DNA of 64,000 nucleotides, taken from positions 21,407 to 85,406 of the forward strand of contig LNEL01000054.1 in the NCBI GenBank assembly GCA_001464935.1, given 5' to 3'. This document shows, piece after piece, positions 48,075-58,501 of this stretch. The translations under genes were made by a program, and so were the position numbers. The stretch's first letter is position 1, and the number at the start of each line of letters is the position of its first letter. The notes under the pieces were generated by a model. The model saw only the letters and a program-made list of their open reading frames with translations, did not search any database and was not told where the DNA came from. The stretch comes from Gammaproteobacteria bacterium Ga0077536 (GTDB taxonomy: Bacteria > Pseudomonadota > Gammaproteobacteria > Ga0077536).

Positions 48075-49205
48075 ATGTTCAAGCGTCTCGTGACAATGTT
48101 GTTGGTGCTGTCCGCCGTCGGCGGGTGCAGCAGAATCATGCCGAAGCTCGACGCGGTCATTCCCGACAACCGCACCGAATACCGCAAGAGCCGCACGATG
48201 CCCGATCTCGAGGTGCCGCCGGATCTGACGACCGACGCGATTCGCGATCGTATGGCCATCCCCGAAGGTGGCGAAGAGGCGACGTTCTCGACGTACCAGG
48301 AACGCATCGCCGAGCGCAAGCGCGAGCAGGAACTCGAACGCTCCGCGAACGATGCGATCAAGGTGCTCGACGACGAACACATCCTCGCCGTGCAGGGCGC
48401 GCCGAAGCAGATCTGGCCGCAGTTGCGCGAGTTCATGGCCGAATCCGGCTACAAGCTCGAGCTCGACGACGAGGAACTCGGCGTCATCGAGACCGTGTGG
48501 GACGAAAACCCGGAAACGCTGACCCGCGACAAGTTCAAGATCTTCGCCGAAGCCGGCCAGGAGGCGGGCACCACGCTGCTGTACGTGTCGCAGCGCGCCG
48601 AGGAACTCGTGCCCGAAGGCGATGACATGACGTGGAAGCCGACGGATCGCGACAACGTCCAGGAGCGCGAACTCGTCGAACGCCTGCAGTCCTATCTCGT
48701 CGGAGAGCGCGCTGGCCCGTCGACGGCGCCGAAGAAGCCTGAAGATCTGACGGTGGCCGAAGCCTACGGTTCGGCGGCCGCCGCCGATACGGGCGACAGC
48801 GCGGCGCCCGCCACCGACGCGGACACCGACGGCGGTGTGGCAGCGCTGGTCAGCGCCGGCAGCGGCAAGGTCTACCTGGCGATTCAGCAGGACTTCGCGG
48901 ATGCCTGGCGTGCGACCGCGCCGGCCCTGGAGCGCGCCGGCTACACGATCGACCAGTCCGACAAGTCGCGCGGCATCTTCTTCCTGCGGGTGCCGGCCAG
49001 CGAAGGCGAAGCGAACAAGCGTGGCGTGCTGTCGAAGCTCAAATTCTGGGGCGACGACGAGGAGCACGAACTGCAGTTGAACCTGACCGGCGTCGGCACC
49101 AAGACCGAAGCGGTCGTGCTCGATCGCGAAGGCCGCTGGGAAACCGGCGACATCGCGCGCAAGATTCTCGAGCGTCTCGAAAGCGAGCTGGAAGCCGGCG
49201 CCTGA
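48075..49205 (+). CDS. bamC: Outer-membrane protein assembly factor BamC (NlpB-like lipoprotein)
   Basis: Start MFKRLVTMLLVLSAVGGC with a VGGC lipobox. Directly after dapA (conserved dapA-bamC). The upstream 18 aa of the track ORF is discarded. Confidence 0.7.
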   Translation: MFKRLVTMLLVLSAVGGCSRIMPKLDAVIPDNRTEYRKSRTMPDLEVPPDLTTDAIRDRMAIPEGGEEATFSTYQERIAERKREQELERSANDAIKVLDDEHILAVQGAPKQIWPQLREFMAESGYKLELDDEELGVIETVWDENPETLTRDKFKIFAEAGQEAGTTLLYVSQRAEELVPEGDDMTWKPTDRDNVQERELVERLQSYLVGERAGPSTAPKKPEDLTVAEAYGSAAAADTGDSAAPATDADTDGGVAALVSAGSGKVYLAIQQDFADAWRATAPALERAGYTIDQSDKSRGIFFLRVPASEGEANKRGVLSKLKFWGDDEEHELQLNLTGVGTKTEAVVLDREGRWETGDIARKILERLESELEAGA

Positions 49206-49213
49206 GCGCCCGC

Positions 49214-49981
49214 ATGCGCTGTGCCCTGATCGGCAGCGGCAGCGCGGGCAACGCGCTGCTGGTGACGACCGGGACCACGGCGCTGCTCGTCGACTGCGGC
49301 TACTCGATCAAGGCGTTCGACGCCCGCGCCGCGCAGCTCGAATTCGATCCCCGCGATCTCAGCGCCGTGCTCGTGACCCATGAGCACGACGATCACCTCG
49401 GCGGTGTGCTGCCGCTGTCACGTCGTTACCGCCTGCCCGTGCACTGGGCGCGCGGCACGCGGCTCGTCGCGAATGCGCGCCACGGTGACGCCGTCGAATC
49501 GCGCGATTTCTCGCCGCATGCGCCATTCACGATCGGCGACATCGAAGTGACGCCGGTGCCCGTGCCGCACGACGCGCGCGAGCCAACCCAGTTCATCTTC
49601 CGTCATGGCGAGCACACGTTCGGCCTGCTGACCGATCTCGGCAGCATCACGCCGCACGTGCTCGAGGCCTATGCGGACTGCGATGCGCTGTGCCTCGAAT
49701 TCAATCACGATGCCGAGCGCCTCGAACACAGCGAATATCCACCGTCGCTGCGCCGGCGCATTGCCGGCGCCTACGGGCACTTGAGCAACGCGCAGTCCGA
49801 GCACCTGCTGGCGCGTCTCAAGGGTCCGCGCCTGAAACGTGTGGTCGCCGCGCATCTCAGCGAACGCACGAACGATCCGGGCCTGGTCGCCGACTGTCTC
49901 GCGCGCAGCGCGCCCGAGCTCACGACCGTCATCGCCTCGCAGGACGCGGTGGTGCCTTGGTTCGAGGTTGGGGGGGGATGA
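49214..49981 (+). CDS. MBL-fold metallo-hydrolase
   Basis: HEHDDHLGG metal-binding motif with downstream His/Asp ligands. Confidence 0.7.
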   Translation: MRCALIGSGSAGNALLVTTGTTALLVDCGYSIKAFDARAAQLEFDPRDLSAVLVTHEHDDHLGGVLPLSRRYRLPVHWARGTRLVANARHGDAVESRDFSPHAPFTIGDIEVTPVPVPHDAREPTQFIFRHGEHTFGLLTDLGSITPHVLEAYADCDALCLEFNHDAERLEHSEYPPSLRRRIAGAYGHLSNAQSEHLLARLKGPRLKRVVAAHLSERTNDPGLVADCLARSAPELTTVIASQDAVVPWFEVGGG

Positions 49982-49986
49982 ATTCA

Positions 49987-50127
49987 GCCACCGAGAACAC
50001 CGAGAACACAGAGGAAGAAAATGATTTGGGCGGCGCCAGCGTTGCGTGATCGCGAGCCTTGGCGACAAGCGCCCGGCGGCAGATTACAAAATCTTTGTTT
50101 CTCGGTGTGCTCTGTGTTCTCGGTGGC
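49987..50127. repeat. MITE-like element, second copy (TIR GCCACCGAGAACACCGAGAACACAGAG / CTCGGTGTGCTCTGTGTTCTCGGTGGC)
   Basis: About 141 bp between inverted termini. The left end matches the right end of the 30581..30711 copy at about 28/30. Flanked by GAATT on both sides. Lies between the MBL gene stop and the der stop. Confidence 0.7.
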
Positions 50128-50181
50128 CGAATTAACCCGCCTTCATCGGGCACCCACGCCACGTGGACGCGCCGAGCCGCC

Positions 50182-51600
50182 TTAGCTGTTCTTCTTGATG
50201 TGCGCGCGCAGGCGCTGGCGTTTCTTGACCTGGCGTGCGGTCAGCGGGTTCTTGCGGCCCTTGAACGGGTTCTCGTTCTGCCGGAATTCGATGCGCACGG
50301 GGGTGCCCGTGAGCTTCAGCGCGCGGCGATAGAAGCTCGACAGGTAACGGCGATAGGTTTCCGGCACCGAGTCGGTCTGGTTGCCATGGATGATGATCGT
50401 CGGCGGATTCTTGCCACCCATGTGCGCGTAGCGCAGCTTGATGCGGCGGCCGTTGACGAGCGGCGGGTTGTGTGTCTCGACGGCGCGGTACAGCAGCTCG
50501 GTCAGATCGCTGGTCTGCACGTCGATATAGGCCGAGCGATGGGCCTCGTCGAGCGCGGCGAACAGTTCGCCGACGCCGGTGCCATGCAGTGCGGAGATGT
50601 AACGCGTTTCGGCGAAGTCGACGAACTCGAGGCGCCGATCGATCTGACGCTTCAGCTCTTCGCGCGCTTCGCCCGTCATGCCGTCCCACTTGTTGACCGC
50701 GACGACCATCGAACGTCCGACTTCGAGCACGCCGCCGAGCACGGTCAGATCCTGTTCGGTCAGCGAGTCGCGCGCATCGAGCACCACGATCACGACCTGC
50801 GCGGCGTCGATCGCCTGCAGTGTCTTCACCGCGCTGAATTTCTCGACGACGTCAGTGACGCGGCTGCGGCGGCGGATGCCGGCGGTGTCGATCAGCGTGT
50901 ACTGGCGGCCGTGCCGCTCGAGGGGAACCGACACGCTGTCGTGCGTCGTGCCCGGCAAATCGGCGGTGATCATCCGTTCCTCGCCGAGCATGCGATTGAC
51001 CAGCGTCGACTTGCCGACGTTCGGCCGGCCGACGATTGCGACGCGAATGCCGCCCGCGGTGTCGTCCTGTTCGAGATCTTCGGTCCGCGGCCAGCCTTTG
51101 GTCACGGTCGCGATCAGCTCGTCGATGCCGACACCGTGCGCGCCTGACACCGGCAGCGGTTCGCCGAGCCCGAGCGAGGCATATTCGGCACGCAGCATGT
51201 CGGCGTTCATGCCTTCGGACTTGTTGACCGCGAGATACAGCGGCTTGCCGCTGCGGCGCAGGCTGCGCGCGAGTTCCTGATCGGTGGCGGTGAGGCCTTC
51301 GCGCGCGTCGACGACGAACACGCCGGCGGCGCACTCGTCGAGTGCCTGCAGGGCCTGACGGGTGACGAGTTCGGCGAGCTCGCCGCGTTCTTCCGCGATG
51401 CCGCCGGTGTCGACGACGAGATAGGCCGCGCGGCCCACGCGGCCGACGCCGAGCTTCACGTCACGCGTGACGCCGGGCACGTCGGCGACCAGCGCGTCGC
51501 GCGTGCGCGTGATGCGATTGAACAAAGTCGACTTGCCGACGTTCGGCCGGCCGATGATCGCAAACGCGGGTTTGAGCTGTTGTCGGAGTTCGTGGGCCAT
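50182..51600 (-). CDS. der: Ribosome biogenesis GTPase Der (EngA), tandem GTPase domains + KH
   Basis: Two G-domains (GRPNVGKSTLFNR; GRPNVGKSTLVNR) and C-terminal KH-like domain. Confidence 0.9.
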   Translation of the reverse strand: MAHELRQQLKPAFAIIGRPNVGKSTLFNRITRTRDALVADVPGVTRDVKLGVGRVGRAAYLVVDTGGIAEERGELAELVTRQALQALDECAAGVFVVDAREGLTATDQELARSLRRSGKPLYLAVNKSEGMNADMLRAEYASLGLGEPLPVSGAHGVGIDELIATVTKGWPRTEDLEQDDTAGGIRVAIVGRPNVGKSTLVNRMLGEERMITADLPGTTHDSVSVPLERHGRQYTLIDTAGIRRRSRVTDVVEKFSAVKTLQAIDAAQVVIVVLDARDSLTEQDLTVLGGVLEVGRSMVVAVNKWDGMTGEAREELKRQIDRRLEFVDFAETRYISALHGTGVGELFAALDEAHRSAYIDVQTSDLTELLYRAVETHNPPLVNGRRIKLRYAHMGGKNPPTIIIHGNQTDSVPETYRRYLSSFYRRALKLTGTPVRIEFRQNENPFKGRKNPLTARQVKKRQRLRAHIKKNS

Positions 51601-51756
51601 GCTGCAGTGTAGGTGAGTTTGAGGGCGTGACGCGAAACGGGAACGAGAGGCCCGCTCGCCTGCGGGGTCGAACCGACGGGGCGGGCGGTCGCTGCCCCGA
51701 CTTGGCCCGCCGCTGTCGGAGGGGCCGGCGGCGGCGCTGCCGGCCGGGCGTCCCGG

Positions 51757-52977
51757 CTACTCGACGCTGAACGCCGCCATCTTGCCGGACGAACTGTACG
51801 CCGCGAGCGCCCCGCCGATGTCGATGGGCTTGGCGATGATGCGTTCCTTCGCGATGCGCTGGCGGGCGACGAGTTCGCCGGTCGCGGCGTCGAGCCAGTG
51901 CAGGTAGCCCTCGAAATCGCCGAATACCACGTAGTCGCGATAACGGGCGGGGCCTGTCAGCTGGCGGTTCTTGAGCTTCTTGTACTGCCATACCGACGAC
52001 CCGTCGGCGCGGCTGATGGCCCACACGTAGCCGCGTTCATCGGTGATATAGACGTTCGCGTCGTCGACCGCGACTTCGTTGTACGAGGAAATGTCGCGCG
52101 TCCATTCGAGGCTGCCATCACCGAGCGACACGGCGGCCACGCGGCCCTGGAAGCTGTCGATATAGGCCATGTCATCGAAGATCACGGGCTCGGCGTCGAT
52201 GTCGACGAGCCGCTCGAGTTCGGAGCGGCCCGACGGTTCGGCGAGGCGGGTTTCCCACAGCTCCTTGCCTGTCTCGAGATCGAGCGCGGTGAGGCGGCCG
52301 TTGTCGAAACCGGCGAGCACCATGCCGCTGTGAATCAGGGCGGGCGCCGTGCCGCGCAAAGTCAGGGTTGGGATCGTGCGATCGAAGACCCATCGTTCTT
52401 TGCCGGTTTCCGAGTCGAGCGCGTACAGCTTGCCGTCGCCGGTGCGCACGGCCACCACGCCATCGGCCGCGTTCGGCGCGGCGAGCACTTCGCTCGACAC
52501 ATCCGCCACCCAGCGCTTTTTGCCGGTATCCGCATCGCGCGCGACGACCTGCGCCTCGGACGTGCCGACGTACACCTTGCCGTCGCCGACGCCGGGGCCG
52601 CCGGAGATGCGGCGCTTCTTGTCCCGTTCTTCCCACACGACCTTGCCGGTCGTCGCATCGATCGCCATCACGCGGCCGTCGCGATCGGCGGTGAAGATCT
52701 GGCCGTCGAGCGCTGCCGGCAGCAGTTTGAGGTACAGGTCTTCGGCGCCCTTGCCGTAGCGGCCGTCCCAGAGTTCCTTGACCACGATTTTCGACTCGAA
52801 CTTCTTGTCGAGTTCGGCGGGCGCGAGACGGGCCGCCTCGCGCTTGGCCTCCGCTTTCTGTTCTTCGTCACCGAACCAGCCGGTGACTGAATCCTTGACC
52901 GCCACGGCCTGTTCGGCGCAACCGGCGATGAGTCCCGCCGCAGTGAGCAGCAGGACGATGTAAATGGGATGCTTCAT
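51757..52977 (-). CDS. bamB: Outer-membrane protein assembly factor BamB (PQQ-repeat beta-propeller lipoprotein)
   Basis: Start MKHPIYIVLLLTAAGLIAGC with lipobox. Repeated PQQ-like beta-propeller blades. Follows yfgM as in E. coli. Confidence 0.85.
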   Translation of the reverse strand: MKHPIYIVLLLTAAGLIAGCAEQAVAVKDSVTGWFGDEEQKAEAKREAARLAPAELDKKFESKIVVKELWDGRYGKGAEDLYLKLLPAALDGQIFTADRDGRVMAIDATTGKVVWEERDKKRRISGGPGVGDGKVYVGTSEAQVVARDADTGKKRWVADVSSEVLAAPNAADGVVAVRTGDGKLYALDSETGKERWVFDRTIPTLTLRGTAPALIHSGMVLAGFDNGRLTALDLETGKELWETRLAEPSGRSELERLVDIDAEPVIFDDMAYIDSFQGRVAAVSLGDGSLEWTRDISSYNEVAVDDANVYITDERGYVWAISRADGSSVWQYKKLKNRQLTGPARYRDYVVFGDFEGYLHWLDAATGELVARQRIAKERIIAKPIDIGGALAAYSSSGKMAAFSVE

Positions 52978-52978
52978 G

Positions 52979-53641
52979 TCAGTTGCCGGCCTGCTCAAGG
53001 CCCAGGCTCTCGATCTTCAGTTCCAGCAGGCGCGGATCCGCTCCACTGTCGGCCATCGCCGTCTGGGCTGCGCCGTAGGCCTTCGCGGCCTCGGGCTTCC
53101 TGCCGAGCGCGGCGAGGATGTCGCCTTCGATCTCCGCGAACTGACCGGCCTGTCCCTTGCCGACCTGCTGCAGGGTTTGCAGCGCGGCGTCGGCGTTGCC
53201 TTCGGCAAGGATGATCTGCGCCATGCGCGCGCGCGCAATCGCGACCAGTTCGTCGCCGCCGGCATTGTCGATCACCCACTGCAGGTGCTTCTTCGCGTCG
53301 TCGAGCTTCGCGTCATCGACGGCGAGCTTGGCCATCAGCAGCGCCGTCAGGCGCGCGTAGGTGCTCTTCGGGTAGGCCTCCAGGATCGCCTGGCCCGTTT
53401 CCATCGTTTCCTTGCCGCCGCCCTGAATCGCGAGATTGAGGAACTGCTCGTAGTTCACCGAGGCGTTTTCCGCCTGGGCGTCCTGCATGCCGTTCCAATA
53501 GCGATAGCCGCCGAGGCCGCCGAGCCCGACGATCAGCCCCAGCACGATGCCCTTGCCATTGTCCTGCCACCATTTCTTGATGGCATCGACCTGTTCGCGT
53601 TCCGACGTATAGCCTTCCACCTGGGTCTTCTCCTCGATCAA
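52979..53641 (-). CDS. yfgM: YfgM-like membrane-anchored TPR protein (ancillary SecYEG/chaperone network)
   Basis: N-terminal single TM (IVLGLIVGLGGLGGY) and C-terminal TPR-like helices. Conserved hisS-yfgM-bamB-der order. Stop overlaps the bamB start. Confidence 0.65.
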   Translation of the reverse strand: MIEEKTQVEGYTSEREQVDAIKKWWQDNGKGIVLGLIVGLGGLGGYRYWNGMQDAQAENASVNYEQFLNLAIQGGGKETMETGQAILEAYPKSTYARLTALLMAKLAVDDAKLDDAKKHLQWVIDNAGGDELVAIARARMAQIILAEGNADAALQTLQQVGKGQAGQFAEIEGDILAALGRKPEAAKAYGAAQTAMADSGADPRLLELKIESLGLEQAGN

Positions 53642-53717
53642 TGGCCTCTGGACGAGCGGCGCCTGTGCGCCGTCGCGGCGGGCCGGCGATTATAGCCTGT
53701 CCCGGCGCGGCGTCCCG

Positions 53718-54995
53718 TTACTGGCCGAGCATGGCCGCGACGGTCCCGATCAGGGCCTCGCGTCCAAGACGCTGTTGTTCCCCCTGGCCGCGCAGCGGTT
53801 TCACGGTGACCGTGCCGTCGGCGAGTTCGTCGCCACCGATGATCAGCGCCAGCCGGGCGCCGGTGCGATCGGCGCGCTTCATCAGGGCTTTCATGCTGCC
53901 GCCGCCGCATACGCAGATCGTGCGCGCGCCCGGCAGCGCGCTGCGCAGGGTTTCGGCGAGCAGCAGGGCGGCCTGCATTTCGGCCTCCGAGGTGCCGACG
54001 ACGCAGAGCTCGGCTTCGGCATCGTCGCCGCCCTCGTGCTGGGCCATGAGCTCGATCAGACGCTCGAGCCCCATCGCGAAGCCGATCGCCGGTGTCGGCT
54101 TGCCACCCATCAGTTCGACGAGACCGTCGTAGCGGCCACCGGCACAGACCGTGCCCTGGGCGCCGAGTTCGGTCGTGATCCATTCGAAGACCGTTTTGCC
54201 GTAGTAATCGAGCCCGCGCACCAGCAGCGGGTTGACCACGAAGCCGATGCCGGCGGCCGTCAGCGTGGCGCACACCGCGTCGAAGTGCGCGCGCGAATCC
54301 GCTTCCAGATAATCGGCGAGCCGCGGTGCGCCATCGATCAGCGGGCGCATCGCCGGATTCTTCGAATCGAGGATGCGCAACGGATTGCGCTCCAGACGCA
54401 GCCGGCTGTCTTCATCGAGCGCGTCGGCGTGGCCGCGAAAATAGGCCGTCAGCGCTTCGCGGTAACGTTCGCGCTCGGCGCTGACGCCCAGCGTGTTCAG
54501 TTCGAGCCGCAGATTCGCGAGGCCCAGGGCCTGCCAGATCCGCGCGGTCATCAGGATCAGCTCGGCATCGATGTCCGGCCCGGTCATGCCGTAGGCTTCG
54601 GCGCCGATCTGGTGGAACTGACGGTAGCGGCCCTTCTGCGGGCGCTCATGCCGGAACATCGGTCCCGCATACCACAGCCGCAGTTGCGGTTGCTGATGCA
54701 GCAGGCCGTGCTCGAGCACCGCGCGCACACAGCCCGCGGTGCCTTCCGGGCGCAGCGTCAGCCGGTCGCCATTGCGATCGGCGAAGGTGTACATCTCCTT
54801 CTGCACGATGTCGGTGGTGTCGCCGATCGAGCGTTCGAAGACGCCGGTCGCTTCCACGATCGGCAGGCGAATCTGCTGATAGCCATACGCCGCGAGCACA
54901 CTCGCGACGCGCTGTTCGAGGTGTTGCCAGCGCGCGCTGGCCGGCGGCGCAACGTCGTTCATGCCGCGTATCGCGCGGAGTTCCTGTTTCACCAC
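53718..54995 (-). CDS. hisS: Histidyl-tRNA synthetase
   Basis: Class II aaRS motifs ([12 protein letters not shown]; [13 protein letters not shown]; GGGRYDGLV) and HisRS anticodon-binding domain. Confidence 0.9.
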   Translation of the reverse strand: MVKQELRAIRGMNDVAPPASARWQHLEQRVASVLAAYGYQQIRLPIVEATGVFERSIGDTTDIVQKEMYTFADRNGDRLTLRPEGTAGCVRAVLEHGLLHQQPQLRLWYAGPMFRHERPQKGRYRQFHQIGAEAYGMTGPDIDAELILMTARIWQALGLANLRLELNTLGVSAERERYREALTAYFRGHADALDEDSRLRLERNPLRILDSKNPAMRPLIDGAPRLADYLEADSRAHFDAVCATLTAAGIGFVVNPLLVRGLDYYGKTVFEWITTELGAQGTVCAGGRYDGLVELMGGKPTPAIGFAMGLERLIELMAQHEGGDDAEAELCVVGTSEAEMQAALLLAETLRSALPGARTICVCGGGSMKALMKRADRTGARLALIIGGDELADGTVTVKPLRGQGEQQRLGREALIGTVAAMLGQ

Positions 54996-55043
54996 ATGCT
55001 CCGGAATTGGGTCTGGACAGTCCGCCGGGGGTCGACCCGGCGT

Positions 55044-55994
55044 TCAGGGTTCGCCGACGGCCATCCGCGCGACGCCGTTGATCGCGTGCGCGCCGACGTC
55101 GACCGCGGCGCCGCGAAAATTCACCGTGACGGCCGGTGCGTTGCCGATGACGAGATCGTAGGGGGCCTTGCCCGTCACGGCGACGCGCTCGCCGCCCTTG
55201 ATGAGCCCGAAATGCAGCCGCGTGCGATTCAGATCGGTGACTTCGACCCACGAATCCCGCGCCGCGGCGAGCACCAGCTCGCCGTTGACCGGCGTTGCCG
55301 GCGGCGTCGGCGGGGCGTCGGCGGTCGCGGGCTCTGTCCCCGCGGCGGCCTCGGGGGCCGCGGCAGCCGCCACGGCGCCCAGCGCCGGCAGCGTGTCGTC
55401 GACGGCCGGCGGCGTCGAGCCGTCACTCTGGCGTCGCCAGGTTTCGGGCTGCGCGAGCGGCGCGCCGGCGTGTTCGACGATCGTGAAGGTGTAGGGCAGC
55501 GGAATCGACGGTTCCGGCGCGATGGCCGGCGCGGACGACAGGGATTCGTCGCCGCTGTCGGGCGCTGCGACCTGGCTGCTGTAATGACGCTGCCACCACA
55601 CGGCGATCAGCACGATGACCACGGCAATCAGCGCGTAGCTGATGAACTGGATGCGTTTGCTCGAACTCGTGATCTGGGCCGGCGCGCGCGATTCGAAGTC
55701 GGCCAGCACGGGCTCGGCGACGTTGGCGAGCGCTGTGTACTGCGCGAGCGCCTGGGTCGGATCGATGCCGAGTTCCTTCGCAATCGAGCGGATGTAGCCC
55801 TTGGTGAAAGCCGGACCGGGCAGGCGTTCGTAGGCCTCGGTCTCGACCGCTTCGATCACTTTCGGCTCGAGCCGCAGCCGGGCGGCGAGTGCGTCGCGCT
55901 CGAGCCCAGCCGCTTCCCGCGCCTCGCGCAGGATGGCACCGGGCCCCTGCGCGACCCGCGCGGCGCTTGGCATCTGCTCGGGGGTGGTCTGCAC
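55044..55994 (-). CDS. rodZ: RodZ-like cytoskeleton protein (HTH_XRE N-terminus, TM, Pro/Ala-rich linker, C-terminal domain)
   Basis: HTH ILREAREAAGLERDALAARLRLEPKVIEAVE. Central TM IALIAVVIVLIAVWW. GTG start overlaps the pilW stop (TAGTG); a later ATG at about 55973 is possible. Confidence 0.6.
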   Translation of the reverse strand: MQTTPEQMPSAARVAQGPGAILREAREAAGLERDALAARLRLEPKVIEAVETEAYERLPGPAFTKGYIRSIAKELGIDPTQALAQYTALANVAEPVLADFESRAPAQITSSSKRIQFISYALIAVVIVLIAVWWQRHYSSQVAAPDSGDESLSSAPAIAPEPSIPLPYTFTIVEHAGAPLAQPETWRRQSDGSTPPAVDDTLPALGAVAAAAAPEAAAGTEPATADAPPTPPATPVNGELVLAAARDSWVEVTDLNRTRLHFGLIKGGERVAVTGKAPYDLVIGNAPAVTVNFRGAAVDVGAHAINGVARMAVGEP

Positions 55995-56785
55995 TAGTTC
56001 AACTCGCCGCGCAGCAGTTGCCCGGTCTCGCGAGCGTCGGGGAACCTGTTTCGCAGCATCACCGCGTAGCTCGCGGCCTTGTCATCGTTGCCGAGCGCCT
56101 TCTCGATGCGGATGCCGAGCGCCAGCGAACGCGGCGACTGCGGCGCGACTTCGAGATAGCGGGTCAGGTAGCGCTGCGCCTCCTGCAGTGCGCCCCGCTC
56201 GTGGCTGATCTGGGCCATCTGCAGCAGCGGCAGTCCAATCCGCGGGTTCTTCGCGAGGGCCGCGCGGAAGTATTCCTCGGCGGTCGTCATGTCCTTCGCC
56301 TGCATCGCGCACAGGCCGGCATTCGTCAGCGCCACTTCGGGCGTGCGATACAGCGGATTCTTCACCGCTTCCATGAACTTCGCCTGGCCTTCCTCGAAGC
56401 GCTCCTGCTGGCACAGGAACTGGCCGTAGTTGTTCAGCGCCATCGGGTTGTCCGGGCTGCTGCGCAGGGCCTCCCTGAAGCTCGCGTCGGCCTGGTCGAA
56501 CTGTTGCAGGCGGTTGCGCAGCAGGCCCATCGCGTTGTGGGCGTCGGCATAGTTCGGGTCGGTCTCGATCGCCTTTTCGAGCTTCTTCAGCGCCAGCTCG
56601 TTGTCGCCGTCCTTCATGTACTCGACGCCGAGCTGGGTGTTGAGCGCGGCGACCTTCAGGCGTTCCTCGCTGGCGGCGTTGGGCTTCTGCGGCGACGAGG
56701 ACTGGCAGCCGCCGAGCAGCAGCGCACCGAGCAGCATCAGCAGCGGACGGGCAACGGCGACCGGGCGGTTGGCGACTCGCGACAT
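55994..56785 (-). CDS. pilW: Type IV pilus biogenesis/stability TPR lipoprotein PilW (PilF)
   Basis: Lipoprotein signal LLMLLGALLLGGC. About 6 TPR repeats. Conserved rlmN-pilW-rodZ context in Betaproteobacteria. Confidence 0.65.
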   Translation of the reverse strand: MSRVANRPVAVARPLLMLLGALLLGGCQSSSPQKPNAASEERLKVAALNTQLGVEYMKDGDNELALKKLEKAIETDPNYADAHNAMGLLRNRLQQFDQADASFREALRSSPDNPMALNNYGQFLCQQERFEEGQAKFMEAVKNPLYRTPEVALTNAGLCAMQAKDMTTAEEYFRAALAKNPRIGLPLLQMAQISHERGALQEAQRYLTRYLEVAPQSPRSLALGIRIEKALGNDDKAASYAVMLRNRFPDARETGQLLRGELN

Positions 56786-56786
56786 A

Positions 56787-57881
56787 TCAGGCCCTCAGTT
56801 CCTCTTGCGCCTTGCGTTGCCGGGCACTGCGTGCCTGGACCTGTCCGACGAGTTGCCCGCACGCGGCGTCGATGTCTTCGCCGCGCGTCTTGCGGGTGAT
56901 CGTCAGCAGGCCCGCCTTCGACAGCTCCCTGCGGAAGGCGTCGATGGCCTCCGGCGTCGAGCGGCGGTAATCCGCGCCGACGACCGGATTGTACGGAATC
57001 AGGTTCATCTTCGCCGGCACGCCGCGCAGGATGCGCACGAGTTCGCGCGCGTGCTCGGGCGTGTCGTTGATGCCGTCGAGCATCACATACTCGAAGGTGA
57101 TGTGCTCGTGCGGATTTTCGGCTACATAACGCTTGCAGGCGTCGAGCAGTTCCGCAATCGGGTAGGTGCGGTTCAGCGGCACGAGTTCATCGCGCAGCGG
57201 GTTGTTCGGTGCGTGCAGCGACACCGCGAGGCTGACCGGACATTCATTGCGCAGCCGCTCGATGCCTGGCACGTGACCGGCGGTGCTGAGCGTGACGCGT
57301 TTGCGACCAAGGTTGTAGGCGTTGTCGTCGAGCATCAACCGCATCGCCGGCACCACGGCGTCGAAGTTCAGCAGCGGCTCACCCATACCCATCATCACGA
57401 CGTTGGTGATCCGGCGCTGGGTTTTCGGATGCTGGCCGAGATGGCGCGCGGCGATCCACACCTGGCCAATGATTTCGCCGGTCGTCAGGTTGCGACTGAA
57501 GCCTTGCTTCGCGGTGGCGCAGAAGCTGCAGTTCAGCGCGCAACCGACCTGTGACGACACGCACAGCGTGCCGCGATCCATTTCCGGGATGAACACCGTT
57601 TCGATGGCCGCGCCGTTGCCGACGCGCAGCAGCCACTTCATCGTGCCGTCGGTGGATTCGAAGCAGTTGATGACTTCAGGCAGGCGGATTTCGCCGATTT
57701 CGTTCAGCTTGTCGCGCAAGGCCTGGCCGAAGTTCGTCATCTTCGCCAGATCCAGCACGCCCTGCTGATGCACCCACTTGATGAATTGCGTCGCGCGGTA
57801 GCCGCGCTCGCCATGTTCGACGAGCAGCGCCGCGAGCGCGGCGCTGTCGTAATCGAGCAGATTGACGCGCGACGTTTCCAT
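56787..57881 (-). CDS. rlmN: 23S rRNA/tRNA (adenine-C2)-methyltransferase RlmN (radical SAM)
   Basis: Radical-SAM CxxxCxxC ([14 protein letters not shown]), second Cys region, RlmN N-terminal domain. Confidence 0.9.
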   Translation of the reverse strand: METSRVNLLDYDSAALAALLVEHGERGYRATQFIKWVHQQGVLDLAKMTNFGQALRDKLNEIGEIRLPEVINCFESTDGTMKWLLRVGNGAAIETVFIPEMDRGTLCVSSQVGCALNCSFCATAKQGFSRNLTTGEIIGQVWIAARHLGQHPKTQRRITNVVMMGMGEPLLNFDAVVPAMRLMLDDNAYNLGRKRVTLSTAGHVPGIERLRNECPVSLAVSLHAPNNPLRDELVPLNRTYPIAELLDACKRYVAENPHEHITFEYVMLDGINDTPEHARELVRILRGVPAKMNLIPYNPVVGADYRRSTPEAIDAFRRELSKAGLLTITRKTRGEDIDAACGQLVGQVQARSARQRKAQEELRA

Positions 57882-57886
57882 GCCGA

Positions 57887-58312
57887 TCAGCGCGGAAGCA
57901 GATCGCTTTCAGCGAAGAAGAACGCGATCTCCTCGCGTGCGGTTTCCGGCGCGTCGGAACCATGCACGGCGTTCTCGGAGATGTCCGTGCCGAATTCGGC
58001 GCGGATGGTGCCCGGCGCGGCCTTCTTCGGATCGGTGGCGCCCATCACTTCACGGTTCTTGAGGATGGCGTTCTCGCCTTCGAGCACCTGGACCACGATC
58101 GGGCCCGAGGTCATGAAGTCGACGAGTTCCTGGAAGAATGGACGTTCGCGGTGGACGGCATAGAAGCGGCCGGCCTGTTCAGGCGAGAGCTTCATCATCT
58201 TCTGGGCAATGATGCGCAGGCCCGCACCCTCGAGTTTGGCGAGAATGCCACCGATGTGGTTGGCTTTGACGGCGCTGGGCTTGACGATGGAAATGGTGCG
58301 TTCGATGGCCAT
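57887..58312 (-). CDS. ndk: Nucleoside diphosphate kinase
   Basis: [24 protein letters not shown]...[16 protein letters not shown] (active-site His). AGGAGA RBS. The upstream 24 aa of the track ORF is discarded. Confidence 0.9.
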   Translation of the reverse strand: MAIERTISIVKPSAVKANHIGGILAKLEGAGLRIIAQKMMKLSPEQAGRFYAVHRERPFFQELVDFMTSGPIVVQVLEGENAILKNREVMGATDPKKAAPGTIRAEFGTDISENAVHGSDAPETAREEIAFFFAESDLLPR

Positions 58313-58363
58313 GACCTGGAGGTCTCCTGGGAGTTTGCATAAGGCATTGAAAAAGCGGGGGGT

Positions 58364-58369
58364 ATTATA
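58364..58369 (-). promoter_or_regulatory. Consensus -10 hexamer TATAAT upstream of ndk
   Basis: Minus strand reads CAACCAATATAATACCCC, about 50 nt upstream of the ndk ATG. The -35 is weak. Confidence 0.4.
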
Positions 58370-58394
58370 TTGGTTGCTGTGCACGAAAGCACGG

Positions 58395-58445
58395 CAAAAA
58401 GCAGGGCTGTCGAGGCTGGGTCCCGCGGGCCCGGCGCGGACCCGG
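58395..58445 (-). terminator. GC-rich hairpin (GGGTCCGCGCCGGGCCCGCGGGACCC) plus downstream T-run following sufT
   Basis: Seen directly. The U-tract is about 15 nt from the stem, so this is a weak call. Confidence 0.25.
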
Positions 58446-58501
58446 GCGGCGGGCGGCAGGGCGGTTCGACGGGCGCGACCGCCGGCCCCTGGTCCGACAG
58501 T

